Assembly: GCA_003516025.1 (NCBI GenBank)
Contig: CP023991.1
Coordinates: 600,001 to 632,000, forward strand
Source: Candidatus Saccharimonadota bacterium
GTDB lineage: Bacteria > Patescibacteriota > Saccharimonadia > Saccharimonadales > UBA4665
Reading direction: 5' to 3'
DNA: 32,000 nt
The notes beneath the pieces were generated by a model that worked only from the letters and a program-made list of their open reading frames with translations, searched no databases and was not told where the DNA came from. The position numbers and the translations under genes are program-made. This document shows positions 8,420-15,351 of the stretch, piece after piece (position 1 is the stretch's first letter; each line of letters starts with the position of its first letter).

Positions 8420-10297
8420 TTATTTTGTTGAGGTAAATTGCCGGCGGCCACGCAGACGGTCAACTACCAGATAGAGTATACCCAGTACACCGATGGCTAT
8501 TGCCGCGACGGAGAGAGCTATATTCTGGCTGGCCTTACTCAGCTTCGCTGTCGGCCCCTTGGGAGTGCTATCAGTGGTTTTAGTGCCCAGGATTTGGCCT
8601 GCCTTATCAGCGACAGCCTGACTGTTAGTCGAGGAAGGAGTATCATTAGTTGTTACTACGCTGGCGGGAACAGACTTGAGTCCCAGTGAGCTGCTCGCAC
8701 CCGAGCCAGTCGGTACAAAGGCGAATACTTTGGCGACTTCGCCTCCCATAAAGTCGCTACCGGCACCCATGCCACCACCAGAAGTGATAGGCGCTATGAC
8801 AGGCGGTTTCACCGTACCGAAGTTGCCCTTCCAATTACCGAAGACATTAATGAACAGTACACCAAACCAGTTGCTTAAACTGAAATTACTTCCTACTACA
8901 TTGGCGATATTGGCACTCGCCAGAGCGTTTCCGGTAGATATGCTACCGATGTCGTCGTTACCGGTCGCTAGGGCATTGCCCGTTTGAGCGGTAGCCGTAA
9001 TGTTATTCGTTATTGTAGCCTTGTCGCTACTGTTCACGTTTGCGGAGGAACTTGCTTGTTGTCCGCCGTTTTCACTCGCCACAACGCCGCCGCCCAGCGC
9101 AGCCGCTGTTGTTCCGGCCGGGGCATCCATTATTAAGCCAACCCAAGACCCCATGACATTCACGAAAACCAGCAGGCTGTTAGCAGCTACAACTTTGCGA
9201 TTTGTCATATTAAGAATGGTCAGGTTGGTCATGCCGTTACCGCTGGCAATGCTGCCGATATTATCGTTGTCCAACACTGTCGCGTTACCGCTGGCAGCGC
9301 TCAGCTGGACATTATTTATGATCTTGGCGTCGCTAGCCGTATTTGCAGTGCTGTCTGTTAACTGACCGGTAGACACAGTGCCATTGCTTTGCAGCAAGGC
9401 GTTAAGCGAATTCTGAGGCAACAGTACATTTCCCTGGTAGTTGCCATAAATATTTATAGTGCCGATAAACGATTGGTTAGCCGCGACTACTGAATTGATC
9501 ATGTTTATGACATTTGCGACAGCCGTAGCATTACCGGTCGTTATACTGCCGATATTATCATTTTCAGTGGCTGTAGCGTTGCCACTGCCAGCCGTTAAGG
9601 TAAGATTGTTGACGATTGAAGCGTTATTATTCAGGGTCACATTCCCATACTGCAAATTGTTACCCGTATTGGAAGCTGACTGTACCATTGCAGACGGATC
9701 AATCAGAAAATCACCGCTGACATCACCTTGAATATCTTTAGTAAAAGTAGCTACACCAGTGCCGTTCAGTGATGTTTGGGATTGAAGCAGATTGATCAGC
9801 GTAGCACTGGAAAGCGCGTCACCAGTGCTGATTGTTCCGATATTATCATTACGAACTACATCGACGTTGCCCGTTTGAGCGTCAGCCGTGACGGTATTAC
9901 TTACGGCTGTTTGATTATTTATCGTAGTATCGCCGCTACTTTGTTGGTCTTGAGACTGCGTCGGTGCTTCTTCATTGGCTTCGCTTATCGGCTGCGTAAC
10001 GGCTTGGTCGGTTTGGCTCGAAGGTTGGCTTATGCTTGCTTCATCGGCTATCTGATCACTTGGCGGTACAGTGGCAGTAGGTTCATCCGTAATGACCGAT
10101 GAAGTGGTCTGCTGTTCAGTAGCCGACTCAGCTGGTGCGACTGGCTCAGCTTCAACTGCGGTGCCAATCGTGCCGGCAGAACCGTCATCGGTAGAATCAG
10201 TCGTATAGGCAAAGGCCGGCGCGGGTGCGATACCTACGAGTAGTGATATAAGCAGGGCAGTGAACCCTTGCTTGATTGACGTTATAAGTTTTTTCAT
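8420..10297 (-). CDS. Large exported repeat protein: signal peptide, acidic S/T/Q/E-rich spacer, four ~95-100-aa repeats, C-terminal TM anchor
   Basis: GGAGGA SD lies 7 nt upstream. Signal peptide MKKLITS...GIAPAPAFA. There are four repeats carrying SGNA-x5-NDNIGSI-x-TGNA. The C-terminus is IALSVAAIAIGVLGILYLVV followed by DRLRGRRQ. No family recognised. Confidence 0.85.
   Translation of the reverse strand: MKKLITSIKQGFTALLISLLVGIAPAPAFAYTTDSTDDGSAGTIGTAVEAEPVAPAESATEQQTTSSVITDEPTATVPPSDQIADEASISQPSSQTDQAVTQPISEANEEAPTQSQDQQSSGDTTINNQTAVSNTVTADAQTGNVDVVRNDNIGTISTGDALSSATLINLLQSQTSLNGTGVATFTKDIQGDVSGDFLIDPSAMVQSASNTGNNLQYGNVTLNNNASIVNNLTLTAGSGNATATENDNIGSITTGNATAVANVINMINSVVAANQSFIGTINIYGNYQGNVLLPQNSLNALLQSNGTVSTGQLTDSTANTASDAKIINNVQLSAASGNATVLDNDNIGSIASGNGMTNLTILNMTNRKVVAANSLLVFVNVMGSWVGLIMDAPAGTTAAALGGGVVASENGGQQASSSANVNSSDKATITNNITATAQTGNALATGNDDIGSISTGNALASANIANVVGSNFSLSNWFGVLFINVFGNWKGNFGTVKPPVIAPITSGGGMGAGSDFMGGEVAKVFAFVPTGSGASSSLGLKSVPASVVTTNDTPSSTNSQAVADKAGQILGTKTTDSTPKGPTAKLSKASQNIALSVAAIAIGVLGILYLVVDRLRGRRQFTSTK
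8828..9925 (-). repeat. Four tandem intragenic repeats (period 288-309 nt) inside the 625-aa protein gene
   Basis: On the plus strand CCGATATTATC recurs at 9255, 9549 and 9837, with a diverged CCGATGTCGTC at 8946. Each encodes the (N)D(N/D)IG core of one repeat. Confidence 0.8.
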
Positions 10298-10347
10298 ACA
10301 GAAATCCTCCGGGAAAGTGGTTGGTAGGAAGGAACAGGTAAGTGGGT

Positions 10348-10373
10348 GAGGAGTGGCGTAGCCGCCACTCCTC
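10348..10373 (-). other. Perfect 11-bp hairpin between the small acidic gene and the large repeat gene (partial terminator or mRNA stabiliser)
   Basis: GAGGAGTGGCG-TAGC-CGCCACTCCTC. On the minus-strand transcript it is not followed by a U-tract. Confidence 0.5.
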
Positions 10374-10397
10374 CAACTTTGCGCTGACTAAAGTCTG

Positions 10398-10988
10398 TTA
10401 GTCGTTGGTTACAGTAACATCGAAGCTCGTGTGACTCATGTTGCTTGCGTCACCAGAGGTTACGTTTTCAACGTCGTCGTTGTCTTCGACCCAGACATTA
10501 CCGCTCTCGGCAGTCTGATGGTTGTTATTTTCAACAGTAACGTCGGTTTCGTTATCTACAGTGGTTTCACTATTCCAACTATTTTCGATGCGGTTGTAAG
10601 AATCGTCATCGGTTTCACTGATGGTGTTTTCACCCCAGCTGCCGGCACCCATACCACCAGCACTGTCGCTCGAAGCAGCAGTGTTAGTTACGGCAACATG
10701 GCCGCTGGTTGTAGAGTCATTCATGGCTGAGCCGGAAGTAGCCGAGCCAAGGTCATCATTGTTTTCAACTTTAACGTCACCCGACTTGGCGTCCTGTGGG
10801 TTATTGTTTTCAACATCGACATCAGTATCGTTGCGTGTTTCGCTCGTCATAGAGCTGTGGTTCTTTACGTAATTGCTTGAATCATCGCCTGAGCCGCTGA
10901 TAGAATCAGCTGATACGGCGCCTGCAAAGCCGGCTACTAATGCGACTGAGGATGCTACAGTTGCTGAGATACGTGTTAATTTGTTCAT
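10398..10988 (-). CDS. Small secreted hyper-acidic Asn/Asp/Ser/Thr-rich protein with an internal tandem duplication
   Basis: The start is moved to ATG 10988, which has AAGGAG 6 nt upstream. Signal peptide MNKLTRISATVASSVALVAGFAGAVSA. There are two copies of ...ETxxDN(D/E)TDVxVENNNxQxAxSGxVxVExNDD...SGxAxN...VxVTN. Confidence 0.8.
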   Translation of the reverse strand: MNKLTRISATVASSVALVAGFAGAVSADSISGSGDDSSNYVKNHSSMTSETRNDTDVDVENNNPQDAKSGDVKVENNDDLGSATSGSAMNDSTTSGHVAVTNTAASSDSAGGMGAGSWGENTISETDDDSYNRIENSWNSETTVDNETDVTVENNNHQTAESGNVWVEDNDDVENVTSGDASNMSHTSFDVTVTND

Positions 10989-11032
10989 AATGAACTCCTT
11001 ACCGTTACTTGGTATTAAGGTTATTAGTACTG

Positions 11033-11084
11033 CTCGGGTGGCCACCCGAGTTGGAAGCGAACTACATTTTTGCTCCCAACTCGG
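11033..11084 (-). other. Two mutually exclusive hairpins in the intergenic spacer upstream of the small acidic gene
   Basis: Palindrome CTCGGGTGG/CCACCCGAG spans 11033-11050. Its right arm (11046-11050) is shared with a 13-bp stem CCGAGTTGGAAGC (11046-11058) / GCTCCCAACTCGG (11072-11084), which has one mismatch. Confidence 0.45.
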
Positions 11085-11113
11085 CCGGTCACCACGGTCT
11101 CAAACATAAACTA

Positions 11114-11665
11114 TCAAGGAACTCTCCGGCCATCCGTCGTGGTCGATGACTGGCTATAGACGTTAGTTTGAACAGAGGAACTTGATGTCGTAGAGCTACC
11201 ACTGCCGCTCGTGCTGGAGTTATTGTGTATAGACACGTCGAGGGAAGTCGTCGCGTCGTTCGACTGATAGGACTGGGACATGGACGAATTGGCGGGTAAT
11301 TCTGTCGTGTCGCCGTTTATCGTCACCGACGCGCCGTCGTCACCGGCAGATACGGACACCGAGTGGTCGGTTTGGGTTAGATTCGTCGAACTATCTGGCA
11401 TATATTCCTCCACGTCCGTCTCGGCTGTTATGGGTTCATTCGGCGGGCTAATGGATATATCAGCAGTTGTCGAAGTATCGGTATCAGTAGTGGCGCTGGA
11501 CGAACTATTTGACTGCAACACCGAAGCTAATGTAATAGAGAGCAGGGCAAGTACAGTAAGGCTGCCTCCAATATACCAACGGGTAACCGTACCAGGCACT
11601 CGGTACACAAGCGTAAAACGCTTTAGGCCGTCATGCAGCAGCTGCTTATCGAATAAACGGTTCAT
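11114..11665 (-). CDS. Signal-anchored (type II) membrane protein with Ser/Thr-rich extracytoplasmic region
   Basis: The preferred start is ATG 11665 (MNRLFDKQ...), and the track start at 11704 is a TTG. One TM helix (WYIGGSLTVLALLSITLASVL) is followed by ~125 aa of S/T/D/N-rich low-complexity sequence. Confidence 0.65.
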   Translation of the reverse strand: MNRLFDKQLLHDGLKRFTLVYRVPGTVTRWYIGGSLTVLALLSITLASVLQSNSSSSATTDTDTSTTADISISPPNEPITAETDVEEYMPDSSTNLTQTDHSVSVSAGDDGASVTINGDTTELPANSSMSQSYQSNDATTSLDVSIHNNSSTSGSGSSTTSSSSVQTNVYSQSSTTTDGRRVP

Positions 11666-11736
11666 AGGCAGGTATCCACCCCTGTGCGATCGGCACTTGG
11701 ACAAATGTCATATTCTGTATAAACTTGTGCGTGCAT
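11662..11736 (-). CDS. Candidate 24-aa upstream micro-ORF translationally coupled to the S/T-rich protein gene
   Basis: AGGAGG (11746-11751) lies 9 nt upstream of ATG 11736. It encodes MHAQVYTEYDICPSADRTGVDTCL. Its TGA overlaps the downstream ATG as ATGA (11662-11665). Confidence 0.3.
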   Translation of the reverse strand: MHAQVYTEYDICPSADRTGVDTCL

Positions 11737-11867
11737 CGTATTTACCCTCCTGCGCCTTTTAAACGCTGCTGTTGTTATGAGGAACTATAGGCTTCTTAGA
11801 TATGCCTGCTGTGATAATTTTCATAGGCTAGAGCGTTTTACTTTGTAAACAGATTAGAATTACTATG

Positions 11868-11954
11868 TTATCTGTAATACCGCGTACGATATCGCAACAA
11901 TTTCATCTTTTGGTGCTGTTCATAAGCTTCAACGAGCTTGTCAATCCGGGTCAT
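11868..11954 (-). CDS. Candidate 28-aa micro-ORF in the operon leader region
   Basis: AAGGAG (11962-11967) lies 7 nt upstream of ATG 11954. It encodes MTRIDKLVEAYEQHQKMKLLRYRTRYYR and ends at TAA 11868-11870. Confidence 0.3.
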   Translation of the reverse strand: MTRIDKLVEAYEQHQKMKLLRYRTRYYR

Positions 11955-12098
11955 ATCACATCTCCTTATGGGTCACTACGGGTTATTCTTACGTTTAACT
12001 GCTAAACTGGCGATTAAAATTCTTACGCTCCAGCAGTTACGAGTCTATAAGGTTGTCGCCCATTCGAGAGCTATGTATACTACGAGACGAGACCATAT

Positions 12099-12959
12099 AT
12101 GGATAAAATCAAAAAAATAGCCCATTCGCTCGACCGCTTTCAAGGCTCGCACACCATACTGGCATTTCCTGTCGCCGTGATTAAGCGTTACGGCGATGAC
12201 CAGGCGGGCAAACAGGCCGCGTTAGTTACCTATTATGCTTTTTTGTCATTGTTTCCGTTATTACTGGTCTTCATGACAGTACTTAGCCTGGTTATCGTTA
12301 ATAATCCTTCACTCGAAAGCCGTATTATGCGCGAAGTATTCCAGCTGTTCCCGTCACTCGACAATGATTTGCGCAATAATGTCACTTCGCTGCACGCTAG
12401 CGGCCTGGGCCTACTGCTGCAAGCCTTGGTAATTTTTTACGGTGCCCGCGGTCTGGCCAGCATCCTACAGGAAACATTTAATAATTTATGGCACGTTGAT
12501 AAAGACCATCGTCCTGGTTTTTGGGGTGATCACGCCCGGGGATTGGGGATGATGGCCGCCGTAGGTTTCGGCATGATTATTGGAACTGTTACCAGTTACG
12601 GCCTCCATAACATACTGCACCTGGGTGTCTTCGGATCAATTATTATTACCGCCTTCAACGTACTGCTAACATACGGCCTGTTCCTGGCTGTATTTCGTTT
12701 GGGAACTTCGAATCGTATCAGTCTCAAAAGATTGAGCGTCGGCGCCGGCGTGGCCACCATAGGTACTATGGTCGTTCAGCAGTTTGGTGGCTATCTTATG
12801 TCCCAGCATTTACAAAAGCTTGAAGGGTCATACGGCTCATTCGCGCTGGCCCTCGGCATGCTGTTCTGGATTTACCTGCAGGCCCAGATTATTTTGTACG
12901 CCATAGTAGTCACCGTCGTTCGCGCCGAACGGGACTATCCTAAAAAACTGCTGTCCTAG
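12099..12959 (+). CDS. YihY/BrkB-family membrane protein
   Basis: 286 aa. The characteristic N-terminal region is ...AALVTYYAFLSLFPLLLVF..., followed by six predicted TM helices and a C-terminal WIYLQAQIILYA. Confidence 0.85.
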   Translation: MDKIKKIAHSLDRFQGSHTILAFPVAVIKRYGDDQAGKQAALVTYYAFLSLFPLLLVFMTVLSLVIVNNPSLESRIMREVFQLFPSLDNDLRNNVTSLHASGLGLLLQALVIFYGARGLASILQETFNNLWHVDKDHRPGFWGDHARGLGMMAAVGFGMIIGTVTSYGLHNILHLGVFGSIIITAFNVLLTYGLFLAVFRLGTSNRISLKRLSVGAGVATIGTMVVQQFGGYLMSQHLQKLEGSYGSFALALGMLFWIYLQAQIILYAIVVTVVRAERDYPKKLLS

Positions 12960-13376
12960 CTAATGTTCGACTGGCTTGATTTTAGCCGTGCAGTACATGC
13001 ACCGGCTGGCTTTCAGTGGCACTTCACTTAAGCATTCGGGGCACTTCCGGGTGGTCGGGTCAGGGGTGGGTTGCTTCTTGCGGGTGCGCTCCAATAAGTG
13101 ATTGATCGGCTGGACGACCAAAAAGAAAATTACCGCCGCCGTCAGGACAAAAGTTATAAAAACGTTCAAAAAGTCACCGTAACTAAACACAATGCCGTTT
13201 ATATTCAGACTATGCTTAGCCAAATCGGTCTTGCCCTGGATGGCACCGATGAGCGGGCTGAGAAAATCTTTAACAAAGGCATTCACAACCCCGGAAAATG
13301 CCGCGCCGATAACCACCGCGACCGCCAAATCGACAACATTGCCTCGTAAAATAAATTTTTTGAATTCCTGTAACAT
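12960..13376 (-). CDS. mscL: Large-conductance mechanosensitive channel MscL with C-terminal CxxC...CxxC tail
   Basis: From ATG 13376 it reads MLQEFKKFILRGNVVDLAVAVVIGAAF..., the canonical MscL N-terminus and TM1. A second TM helix follows, then KCPECLSEVPLKASRCMYCTAKI. The longer track ORF (to 13508) would overlap the upstream gene. Confidence 0.9.
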   Translation of the reverse strand: MLQEFKKFILRGNVVDLAVAVVIGAAFSGVVNAFVKDFLSPLIGAIQGKTDLAKHSLNINGIVFSYGDFLNVFITFVLTAAVIFFLVVQPINHLLERTRKKQPTPDPTTRKCPECLSEVPLKASRCMYCTAKIKPVEH

Positions 13377-13389
13377 GTAGTCAAGTTTA

Positions 13390-14322
13390 TTACAGGTAGC
13401 GCTTTTCGACAATCCGAAGCGCCACATAACCCGGCAGCAGTGGCAACCAATAGGTGAGACCGCGGTATAAAATGGCAGCCGTAGTCGCCATGGCGAGGGG
13501 GATACCACACGCTACCAACATGCCGGCAATACCAGCCTCAGCGCCTCCAAGCCCGCCAGGCGTCGGCACCAGCGCCGCAACTATGGTACCGCCCGAGATA
13601 GCCAGTAGGGCTGCGGCCCATGAGCCATGAACTGAAAGGGCCTGTAAAACCAGGTACAGGCCGCTGACGTGCAGACTGGTCAGTGCCAGCGAGCTAACCA
13701 AAGCTCCCCCAGTCGCGACTGGCCTGCGAACCAGCAAGTGAAAGTAAGCTTGTAGCTGGCTCTTTATTTTATACAGTCGCATTTTCCGGCCATAACGCCT
13801 GGCAATGATACGCAGGGCAAGGCTGACAACCAGCAGACCTGCCAGTATCAGGCCCAGTTGCTGTGATGAAATGTGTACGCGTATGGAAACATGAGGCGGG
13901 GCAAACATCACGATGCCGGCTACTAATAGAACATTACCTATAAAACCAAGCAGGTTGTTAAGTGTTACGATTGCTGTAGCCTGGGTGAGTGTGTGCCCAT
14001 GACGTTTTAGATAATAAGCGTTTACACCAAGCCCGCCCAGTCCAGCCGGCAGCAGGCGATTTACCAGGCCGCCGGAAATCTGAAGCAGCAGCAGTTGCCT
14101 AAAAACAAGTCTTCTGGCAGCAAGTAAGCGGTACGTAAGGGCGGCGCAGACGTAACTCATTCCAACACAGATTGCTGCCAGTAATACGAGGGACGGCCGG
14201 GCTGTACGAACCGCCTCTACACTATCCGACAAGCCAGTAAAACCTGCGACTATCAGGTACAGTAGCAGGCCCAAAACTACAATTTGTATCAGTCCCCGCA
14301 TACGCAATGAGTGTGGCGCCAT
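13390..14322 (-). CDS. UPF0104 / lysyl-PG-synthase TM-region (MprF flippase-like) membrane protein
   Basis: 310 aa, ~8 TM helices, with the family-typical C-terminal motif VPTPGGLGGAEAG. Confidence 0.75.
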   Translation of the reverse strand: MAPHSLRMRGLIQIVVLGLLLYLIVAGFTGLSDSVEAVRTARPSLVLLAAICVGMSYVCAALTYRLLAARRLVFRQLLLLQISGGLVNRLLPAGLGGLGVNAYYLKRHGHTLTQATAIVTLNNLLGFIGNVLLVAGIVMFAPPHVSIRVHISSQQLGLILAGLLVVSLALRIIARRYGRKMRLYKIKSQLQAYFHLLVRRPVATGGALVSSLALTSLHVSGLYLVLQALSVHGSWAAALLAISGGTIVAALVPTPGGLGGAEAGIAGMLVACGIPLAMATTAAILYRGLTYWLPLLPGYVALRIVEKRYL

Positions 14323-14329
14323 ACCGACC

Positions 14330-14335
14330 AGTATA
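14330..14335 (-). promoter_or_regulatory. -10 box TATACT, 7 nt upstream of ATG 14322 (leaderless-type)
   Basis: The minus strand reads CTAACA-18-TATACT-ggtcggt-ATG. Confidence 0.45.
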
Positions 14336-14376
14336 CGTGCTTATGCTTACGAATGTTAGTCGGGGCTTCTATCTGA

Positions 14377-14382
14377 TATACT
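14377..14382 (+). promoter_or_regulatory. -10 box TATACT for the GT2 gene (SD-led transcript)
   Basis: TATACT is followed by a 24-nt leader containing AAGAGG (14396-14401), 5 nt before ATG 14407. It lies back-to-back with the minus-strand promoter. Confidence 0.4.
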
Positions 14383-14406
14383 GATATGAATTCGTAAGAG
14401 GTTTTT

Positions 14407-15351
14407 ATGAAAGTCGTAGTCCAGATTCCATGTCTCAATGAAGAGGCGACCTTACCGCTAGTACTAGCCAGCATACCGAAAAAAATACCTAACGTAGATG
14501 AAATTGTCGTGGTTATCATCGATGACGGATCGACTGATAAAACTGTCGAGGTCGCCAAGAAACATGGCGTACGGCATTTCGTCCGCCATGCCCGAACCCA
14601 ATATTTAGCCCGGTCATTCCATGACGGAGTCAATTACGCCTTAGAAATCGGTGCTGACATCGTAGTTAATACCGACGGCGATAACCAGTATCCGCAGGAA
14701 AAGATAGCCGAACTGGTACAGCCTATCATCAGCGGCCAGGCAGATATCGTCATCGCGGACCGTCAGACGCAAAAAATCGCTCACTTCTCAGCGACTAAGA
14801 AGTTTTTACAGCGATTTGGAAGTGCCGTCGTCAATAAGGCGGCTGGAACTGATTTACCAGATGCCGTCAGCGGTTTCCGGGCTTATTCGCGGGAATCACT
14901 TTTACGTATTAATACGGTAACACGCTTTAGCTATACTACCGAAACCATCATCCAGGCCGGCCAGAAGCATCTGTCGATTGCCAGCATTCCGATTACCACC
15001 AACGCCAAGACAAGGGAATCACGCCTGTTTAAGTCAGTGCGCCAAATGGTGACAAAACAAGGCGTAACAATCATCCGGGCATTCATTATGTACCGGCCGC
15101 ACATTGTATTCGGTACGCTGGGATACACGCTGCTGGTGCTCGGTCTGGTGCCATTTGTACGCTATTTATACTTCACCATTACTGACCATACCGGACGGGG
15201 TCATTTGCAATCGCTTGTACTGGGTTCAGTATTACTGACAGCCGCATTCATGTGCCTGGTGCTCAACATCATTGCCGATCTTATACGCATTAACCGTATA
15301 CTCATCGAAGATAATCTTGAACATACAAAACGCATTCGCTTTGATAAATAA
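14407..15351 (+). CDS. GT2 polyprenyl-phosphate sugar synthase (GtrB/ArnC/Ppm1-like) with two C-terminal TM helices
   Basis: GT-A signatures are VQIPCLNEE, VVVIIDDGSTDKT and DXD in NTDGDNQY. The C-terminal helices TLGYTLLVLGLVPFV and LVLGSVLLTAAFMCLVLNIIADLI match GtrB-type enzymes. Confidence 0.85.
   Translation: MKVVVQIPCLNEEATLPLVLASIPKKIPNVDEIVVVIIDDGSTDKTVEVAKKHGVRHFVRHARTQYLARSFHDGVNYALEIGADIVVNTDGDNQYPQEKIAELVQPIISGQADIVIADRQTQKIAHFSATKKFLQRFGSAVVNKAAGTDLPDAVSGFRAYSRESLLRINTVTRFSYTTETIIQAGQKHLSIASIPITTNAKTRESRLFKSVRQMVTKQGVTIIRAFIMYRPHIVFGTLGYTLLVLGLVPFVRYLYFTITDHTGRGHLQSLVLGSVLLTAAFMCLVLNIIADLIRINRILIEDNLEHTKRIRFDK

Noticed and set aside
8420-8640. Sortase-type cell-wall sorting signal at the C-terminus of the 625-aa protein
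   Set aside because: The hydrophobic helix and basic tail are present, but no LPXTG-like motif precedes them. The only similar string (FVPTGSG) lies about 70 residues upstream, too far away. It is treated as a plain C-terminal TM anchor.
8438-10102. Series of plus-strand ORFs (83-121 aa) antisense to the 625-aa repeat protein gene
   Set aside because: They are mirror-frame artefacts of a low-complexity, stop-poor repeat gene. They have no RBS or promoter, and their Ala/Leu/Pro-rich translations are typical of antisense frames.
10989-11045. N-terminal extension of the small acidic protein ORF (MATRAVLITLIPSNGKEFI...)
   Set aside because: The extension contains the AAGGAG ribosome-binding site for ATG 10988. 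The signal peptide begins only at that Met.
11280-11762. 160-aa plus-strand ORF antisense to the S/T-rich membrane protein gene
   Set aside because: It is an antisense artefact of a Ser/Thr-rich gene and runs into the leader region with no start signals. The minus-strand gene has a TM anchor and operon context.
7048-12098. Possible genomic island integrated at the tRNA-Gln 3' end (tRNA followed by about 5 kb of hypothetical and secreted-protein genes)
   Set aside because: There is no integrase or recombinase. By eye I found no direct repeat of the tRNA 3' end downstream, and there is no obvious compositional break. This cannot be excluded without a computed repeat and GC-skew scan.
11938-12120. 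60-aa plus-strand ORF overlapping the yihY start
   Set aside because: It has a non-ATG start, no RBS and an implausible basic composition. It overlaps the well-supported yihY start in another frame.
12960-13508. Long version of the mscL ORF (182 aa, starting MVSPSPWRL...)
   Set aside because: The canonical MscL N-terminus MLQEFKKFILRGN begins at ATG 13376. The extra 44 codons overlap the 3' end of the upstream UPF0104 gene (stop at 13390) and look non-coding.
14289-14633. 114-aa minus-strand ORF spanning the divergent promoter region and the GT2 5' end
   Set aside because: It overlaps two well-supported genes and both promoters, with no family resemblance.
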